Source of the DNA: Octopus sinensis
Lineage: Eukaryota
DNA length: 64,000 nt
Reading direction: 5' to 3'
Assembly (NCBI RefSeq): GCF_006345805.1
Contig: NC_043007.1
Location: 70,556,001-70,620,000 of the forward strand
Position 1 is the stretch's first letter; each line of letters starts with the position of its first letter. Positions 63,269-64,000 of this stretch are shown one piece after another. The translations under genes were made by a program, and so were the position numbers. The notes under the pieces are model-generated. The model saw only the letters and a list, made by a program, of their open reading frames with translations. It did not search any database and was not told where the DNA came from.

Positions 63269-63519
63269 CTACAAAAAAATAAAAGTGTCTTAGAAACATC
63301 AAGTTGCGCCATGTATCTTAATTATAAGTAATTCTATGATAGAATTCATTAAGTTCTTTGTTACAAAAAGCAGTAATTAGTAAATTTGATTTTCTTTTGC
63401 TATACACATCATTTTATGAATATCATAATTAACTAACTTGATAGAGAATAAGGCATTTGGTCAAAGGATATATATATATATATATATACTTCTCTCCTTG
63501 TTTTTTTTTTTCTGTGTCC

Positions 63520-63555
63520 CTTTCTGTAGAAGAGCATAGGCTCGAAACGTAAAAG
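63520..63555 (+). ncRNA. Minimal hammerhead-like motif with a deviant core (CTGTAGA), in the last ESF1 intron, antisense to ESF1
   Basis: CTTT-CTGTAGA-A-GAGC atag GCTC-GAAA-C-GTA-AAAG. Same architecture as the 11645 motif, with a shared downstream TTCCTGAGCGT. Confidence 0.5.
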
Positions 63556-63919
63556 ACATTTTCTATTCCTGAGCGTTATACTAATACATCTGTTTGTTTT
63601 GTACACCACCTGTCTTTGTCTTTTTCATAAACTCTCCCTCTCTCTCTCTATATATATATATATCATTAACTCTCTCACCAAATGCCTTATTCTCTATATA
63701 GATAATTATGATCTATACTCTCTCCAGTACAGCATAACCAAAGACAGGCTGCTTAATTCTCAATGGGGCAGCTCTTTATAAATAGGCATCCTGCATAGGT
63801 GCTACTCAAACAATTGTGCCAACAAACATAAGGAGTATTTGGTCAGCTTGTAGTGTTGAGTTCAAAGCCTCACTGGGCCCAAAAATAAACAACTACAATG
63901 TATTTTCCGAAAGAAATGG

Positions 63920-63971
<52 letters not shown>

Positions 63972-64000
63972 ATACCCTTTTCTCAACATTACATGATGGT

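Overview
This window is eukaryotic, AT-rich and dense in microsatellites, SINEs and MITEs. The repeat families suggest an octopus (coleoid cephalopod) genome; that assignment rests on recalled repeat families, not a database search. Two protein-coding genes are supported, both on the minus strand. The first is a complete six-coding-exon PRORP/MRPP3 (protein-only mitochondrial RNase P catalytic subunit, 584 aa, 55407->42462, all GT-AG junctions in phase). The second is the last coding exon of ESF1 (NUC153 domain, 63268->62948). Positions 1-40 kb show no supported host gene and are mostly decayed transposons (RTE, Tigger/pogo, three hAT types, CR1, mariner, Penelope ends, Helentron-like elements, MITEs). 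The most notable observations are: a 5'-truncated Tx1/L1-clade retrotransposon inside a (TC)n microsatellite whose frameshifts all fall at short homopolymers; several minimal type I hammerhead ribozyme motifs, one apparently split by a fold-back duplication; inverted LINE-end copies flanking the PRORP exon that carries the catalytic aspartates; a recurrent fixed-junction SINE dimer; and a CpG-decay contrast between gene body and intergenic DNA.
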